The notes under the pieces: generated by a model
Databases searched by the model: none
The model's input: the letters and a program-made list of their open reading frames with translations, nothing else
What the model was told of the DNA's origin: nothing
Program-made: the position numbers and the translations under genes
Source of the DNA: a virus
Reading direction: 5' to 3' (one strand)
IMG/VR virus record: IMGVR_UViG_3300035136_000101
Length of the DNA: 28,733 bases
In this document: one piece after another, positions 25,485 through 28,733 of the stretch
Layout of the letters: each line of letters opens with the position of its first letter
Numbering within the stretch: position 1 is the stretch's first letter

Positions 25485-27944
25485 ATGACAACGACTTTAA
25501 ATTATCCAAGTGGGACTGGTTTTTTTGGGAGGGGATATTGGGGAAGAAAAGTATTTTGGTTAAATGTACCTTCTCAATGGAGGAATTTAGACCAGTATAA
25601 TTATTTGCAAATGTTGCTTAATACATGGGGGGATGTAGGTGAGAATTTAATTGAATATATTAAACTTCTGCCTAAACAAAGAGACCCATATGAAGTTAGG
25701 ACGTTAAATACTATAGTAAAATGGTTTTATGTAACAGAAGCATTTAATTATTATGATAAAGATAAAGGAAATGTAATTAGATTAATAGGTGAGAAAAATC
25801 CAGATAGATTACCAGGATCTAGTTTGTCATCAGTGCCAAGTACTGATGAAGATGTAATGTCGGAACAATTTCCTTGGTATCCGTATGAGCCATTAGCTGA
25901 TGTAGGTAAATTTTGGCAAGTTAAATGGATGGATGCGAAGTATGAAGTTGTAAATGTAAGGGCTAGAAATTTTGACCAAGTTGAAATATATAATCAATAC
26001 ACTTCGTTGGCAAATGAGATATGGGTAAAGGGTGGAGATTTAACGTTATTATTTGATTATTTAACAAATAGATTATGGGATAAGTCTATAGAAGATGACC
26101 TAATTCAAGGTACTGTAGAAATAGGTATTACTGATGGGTCTCAGAGACCATATGTTGAATTTCCTGTTACTCCAATAAGGCTTGAGAATAGGTGGTCTGA
26201 TGTTGTTCCTCCATCAACTTTGATTGAGTCATCTACGTTAAGAATTTATATTCCATTACAGGGTGGTGGATATAGAATACTTTATGATTTGCCAATAAGT
26301 GAAAATGAGGGGACATTACATGCAGAAAGTGGAGGAATAATAGGTGGTGCTGTTGTTGGAAATGTTAATTATTTATCTGGTAAATTAGATTTTGATTTAT
26401 CTATATTGTCTGAATTTTCATCACAGACGGCACTAGATATAAAAGCAAAATATCAAGTTAGGGGATATTATATGAAATTTAATGCGCCACCTAATATTGA
26501 TTATTTGGCGCATGATTACGGATTTAATAATGACGAGAATGACCCAGAAGATGTTCAGAGGTCATCTATAGCTAATGTAACAAAATTTTGGGGTATTAAA
26601 TCAACACAAGATTCGTATCGTATTAGAGGGGAAATAAGTCTTTTTGATGTTTATATGCAAGGTTTGTATAAAATTTGTAGTGCTGAACTTGCGTCTAAAC
26701 TTCCAAGCAATTCTGTTTATGAAGTAGGAACAACTTTTTATACTGATGTTATGCCAACATTTATACGGTATGACCATATTTCTGTAGATGAACTATTTTA
26801 TGACTATGATTCTGGTGGAAGTCCGATATGGGTTACTATAATAGATAATATGCTTATTGCATTGGATTCTTCTAGATGGGACGGCATGACAATAGGTCAG
26901 GCATATGCTGTAGATGTGACTCAGGGATATTATGCTCCAATATCAGAAGTTAATGCAGTCTTACGTGGACCCGCAACTGTTCAGTCTGTTACGCAGATTA
27001 GCCAAGAAGAGCTTGAAGAAAGAAGATGGGAGAATGGGTATAGATATGAAATAGAGATGCGTAGATGTCAGTATGAAGCGTTTAATATGATATTAGATTC
27101 TAATGGTATACAGACGAAGGAATTGTTTGCTTTATCTGTATATGATTATAATCCTGTTGGTCCAGAATATGGTATTCCACCTAATGTAAATGATGTTTAT
27201 TATTATATTGATCGTGAAGATACAACTTGGACTCTTACATCTTCTCCATCATCAGACCCAAAAGAAGATATTGGAGTTTGGACTGTAGATATTAGATTTG
27301 GAGTTGGTGTTTCTTCTCCGATACAAGTATCTGATGATATTGCTGTTAGATATTTTCCGTTATTTGATGATATGGATTGTTGTTATTGTAGAGCTAGTAG
27401 TATGCGTGCTTATATTGACGTTATAGAAGAAGCATATGATTTTTATGATACATATGAAAAAATAGAGTATGCAATTACAAGATTAAAAATGAAATTGAGT
27501 GATCTTTTGCCTATTCATACTAGAATTATTGAATGGGAGATTACAAGACGATTTCAAGAAGAATTTTATGGTGTTGAAAATGGTGCTACAGTTATTCATA
27601 CATTAACTGGAGAGCAATTTTTAAATAATACAAAAGTTTTATTATCAGTTAAATATCGTGGTGATAGTGATTCTGGAACACCTAATACAGATTTGGATTT
27701 TCGTGTATATAGTGAAGATACCGGTACTGTTTGGGAATTATTAAATTGGAATCCAGTTACTCCTGCTGGTGATAATGAAACATGGGTTGATGTTGTTACA
27801 GATGAAGAAATAATTCTTCCTGATGACCCATCAGACCCTGGTCCACCAATAGTTCCATATTATGCATCGGTTCGTGCTATTGCTGGTTCTGCGTCTTTAT
27901 ATGGTGATGTTATGTGGATTTTTAAGATTACTACTAAGGAGTAA
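25485..27944 (+). CDS. hypothetical large protein (819 aa); its position suggests a tail fibre or receptor-binding protein
   Basis: A complete ORF that abuts its neighbours. I recognise no family. Confidence 0.35.
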   Translation: MTTTLNYPSGTGFFGRGYWGRKVFWLNVPSQWRNLDQYNYLQMLLNTWGDVGENLIEYIKLLPKQRDPYEVRTLNTIVKWFYVTEAFNYYDKDKGNVIRLIGEKNPDRLPGSSLSSVPSTDEDVMSEQFPWYPYEPLADVGKFWQVKWMDAKYEVVNVRARNFDQVEIYNQYTSLANEIWVKGGDLTLLFDYLTNRLWDKSIEDDLIQGTVEIGITDGSQRPYVEFPVTPIRLENRWSDVVPPSTLIESSTLRIYIPLQGGGYRILYDLPISENEGTLHAESGGIIGGAVVGNVNYLSGKLDFDLSILSEFSSQTALDIKAKYQVRGYYMKFNAPPNIDYLAHDYGFNNDENDPEDVQRSSIANVTKFWGIKSTQDSYRIRGEISLFDVYMQGLYKICSAELASKLPSNSVYEVGTTFYTDVMPTFIRYDHISVDELFYDYDSGGSPIWVTIIDNMLIALDSSRWDGMTIGQAYAVDVTQGYYAPISEVNAVLRGPATVQSVTQISQEELEERRWENGYRYEIEMRRCQYEAFNMILDSNGIQTKELFALSVYDYNPVGPEYGIPPNVNDVYYYIDREDTTWTLTSSPSSDPKEDIGVWTVDIRFGVGVSSPIQVSDDIAVRYFPLFDDMDCCYCRASSMRAYIDVIEEAYDFYDTYEKIEYAITRLKMKLSDLLPIHTRIIEWEITRRFQEEFYGVENGATVIHTLTGEQFLNNTKVLLSVKYRGDSDSGTPNTDLDFRVYSEDTGTVWELLNWNPVTPAGDNETWVDVVTDEEIILPDDPSDPGPPIVPYYASVRAIAGSASLYGDVMWIFKITTKE

Positions 27945-27946
27945 TT

Positions 27947-28733
27947 ATGGCTATTGGATTAGTAGTAAGTATTGTTGACGCAATTATGAATGGACCAGAA
28001 GGTGGTCAATATGCATCTTTAACAATTGCTGGAGTTGACCCTACTGACCCATCTAAAATATACAAAGCTGGTATTGATCCTGGAGATGATTTTGATTTTA
28101 GTGAAAGAGCACTTCAGTATTGGCCGGAAACCATACAGGATAGTATTGATATAGGATGGTCTTTGAAAGATATAGGTGGTGCTTCACACGCTCTTGCTCA
28201 ATGGTCATCAAATAATGGAAGAACGATTAGTTTTGATATTCAACTATCTAGATTTATGATGCCAGTCAAAACTAGAACGGCTAAAGAACAATTTTTGTCA
28301 TATTCAGAACCTGGGTCAAATAGATTAGAAGAAAGAGACAATAGACCATATAATGTTGATATTAAAGAACAGATTCATTTTTTGAGAGGATTTTGTTATC
28401 CAACATATAAAAGTATTGATAATGTAAATGTGGCATATCCTCCACCGATTGTAATTTTAAATATTCCAAATTTTGGTTTAAATGAATCTGGAGGAGATGC
28501 TATTTTTTGTATAATGACTGGGTGTGATGTAACATATACATTAGCATTTAGAGATGGAACACCAAGAAGAGCAACAGTTTCTGTTACTTTTAGACAGATT
28601 GTACAAACAGCAAAGGGTATTTTGTTTAAAGGCTTTAAAGATGCTCCTTCGAAATATTCATTTGATGATAATGAAGAATTAGGAAAGAGTGCTGGGAGGG
28701 AAGTTAATGGAATAGACCCATCGATGGTGAGAT
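27947..28733 (+). CDS. 3'-truncated hypothetical protein (at least 262 aa)
   Basis: ATG at 27947 follows an AAGGAG RBS. The frame is open to the window end and translates MAIGLVVSIVDAIMNGPEGG…YWPETIQDSIDIGW…. The ORF is absent from the track because no stop lies inside the window. Confidence 0.45.
   Translation, partial: MAIGLVVSIVDAIMNGPEGGQYASLTIAGVDPTDPSKIYKAGIDPGDDFDFSERALQYWPETIQDSIDIGWSLKDIGGASHALAQWSSNNGRTISFDIQLSRFMMPVKTRTAKEQFLSYSEPGSNRLEERDNRPYNVDIKEQIHFLRGFCYPTYKSIDNVNVAYPPPIVILNIPNFGLNESGGDAIFCIMTGCDVTYTLAFRDGTPRRATVSVTFRQIVQTAKGILFKGFKDAPSKYSFDDNEELGKSAGREVNGIDPSMVR

Noticed and set aside
1-28733. A definitive assignment as an eCIS (Afp/PVC-type) injection system.
   Set aside because: The hallmark AAA+ ATPase (Afp15-like) and cap (Afp16-like) genes are not in the window. 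The gene order, with the TMP proximal and a G/GT-like pair, is phage or PBSX-like. The classification is left open.
1-28733. tRNA, rRNA and CRISPR features.
   Set aside because: No cloverleaf-like GC-rich 70-90-nt segments, rRNA-like regions or spacer-repeat arrays were apparent on reading. The window is essentially saturated with protein-coding sequence.

Overview
The window is an almost entirely plus-strand, tightly packed contractile-tail (myophage tail / tailocin / eCIS-like) gene cluster from an AT-rich genome that uses strong Shine-Dalgarno sites. Genes often overlap by ATGA or TAATG. In order it encodes a 5'-truncated unknown gene, a very long tail sheath (931 aa), an unknown 242-aa protein, and two tandem T4-gp19-family tube paralogs. 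Then come several small unknowns, including an acidic/basic overlapping pair that looks like a G/GT tail-assembly chaperone. An inverted-orientation regulatory insert follows. It holds a stand-alone response-regulator receiver and a Cys4 zinc-ribbon protein on the minus strand, with divergent promoters. On the plus strand it holds an untracked 59-aa ribbon-helix-helix protein and a translationally coupled 275-aa double zinc-ribbon protein. Downstream are a tape-measure-like protein (994 aa), a LysM/gpX-like protein, a gpD/XkdQ-like baseplate hub, a gpV/VgrG-like spike, and a proline-rich triple-repeat protein at the PAAR position. These are followed by a gp25/GPW wedge, a baseplate-J protein, a 1327-aa fibre-like protein, a GT25-family glycosyltransferase, three further unknown proteins (188, 754, 819 aa) and a 3'-truncated ORF. 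The gene order (sheath, tube, chaperones, TMP, LysM, hub, spike, gp25, J, fibre) resembles PBSX/diffocin-type elements. There are no capsid, terminase, integrase or eCIS ATPase/cap genes in the window. Phage tail, tailocin and eCIS therefore cannot be told apart here. Four things warrant a second look. One is a 14-bp perfect palindrome CGAACTCGAGTTCG present three times. A second is a 16-bp perfect palindrome over the RBS of one gene. A third is the receiver/zinc-ribbon/RHH regulatory insert. The fourth is the non-canonical three-repeat Pro-rich protein where a PAAR tip would normally sit. I saw no tRNA, rRNA or CRISPR array.
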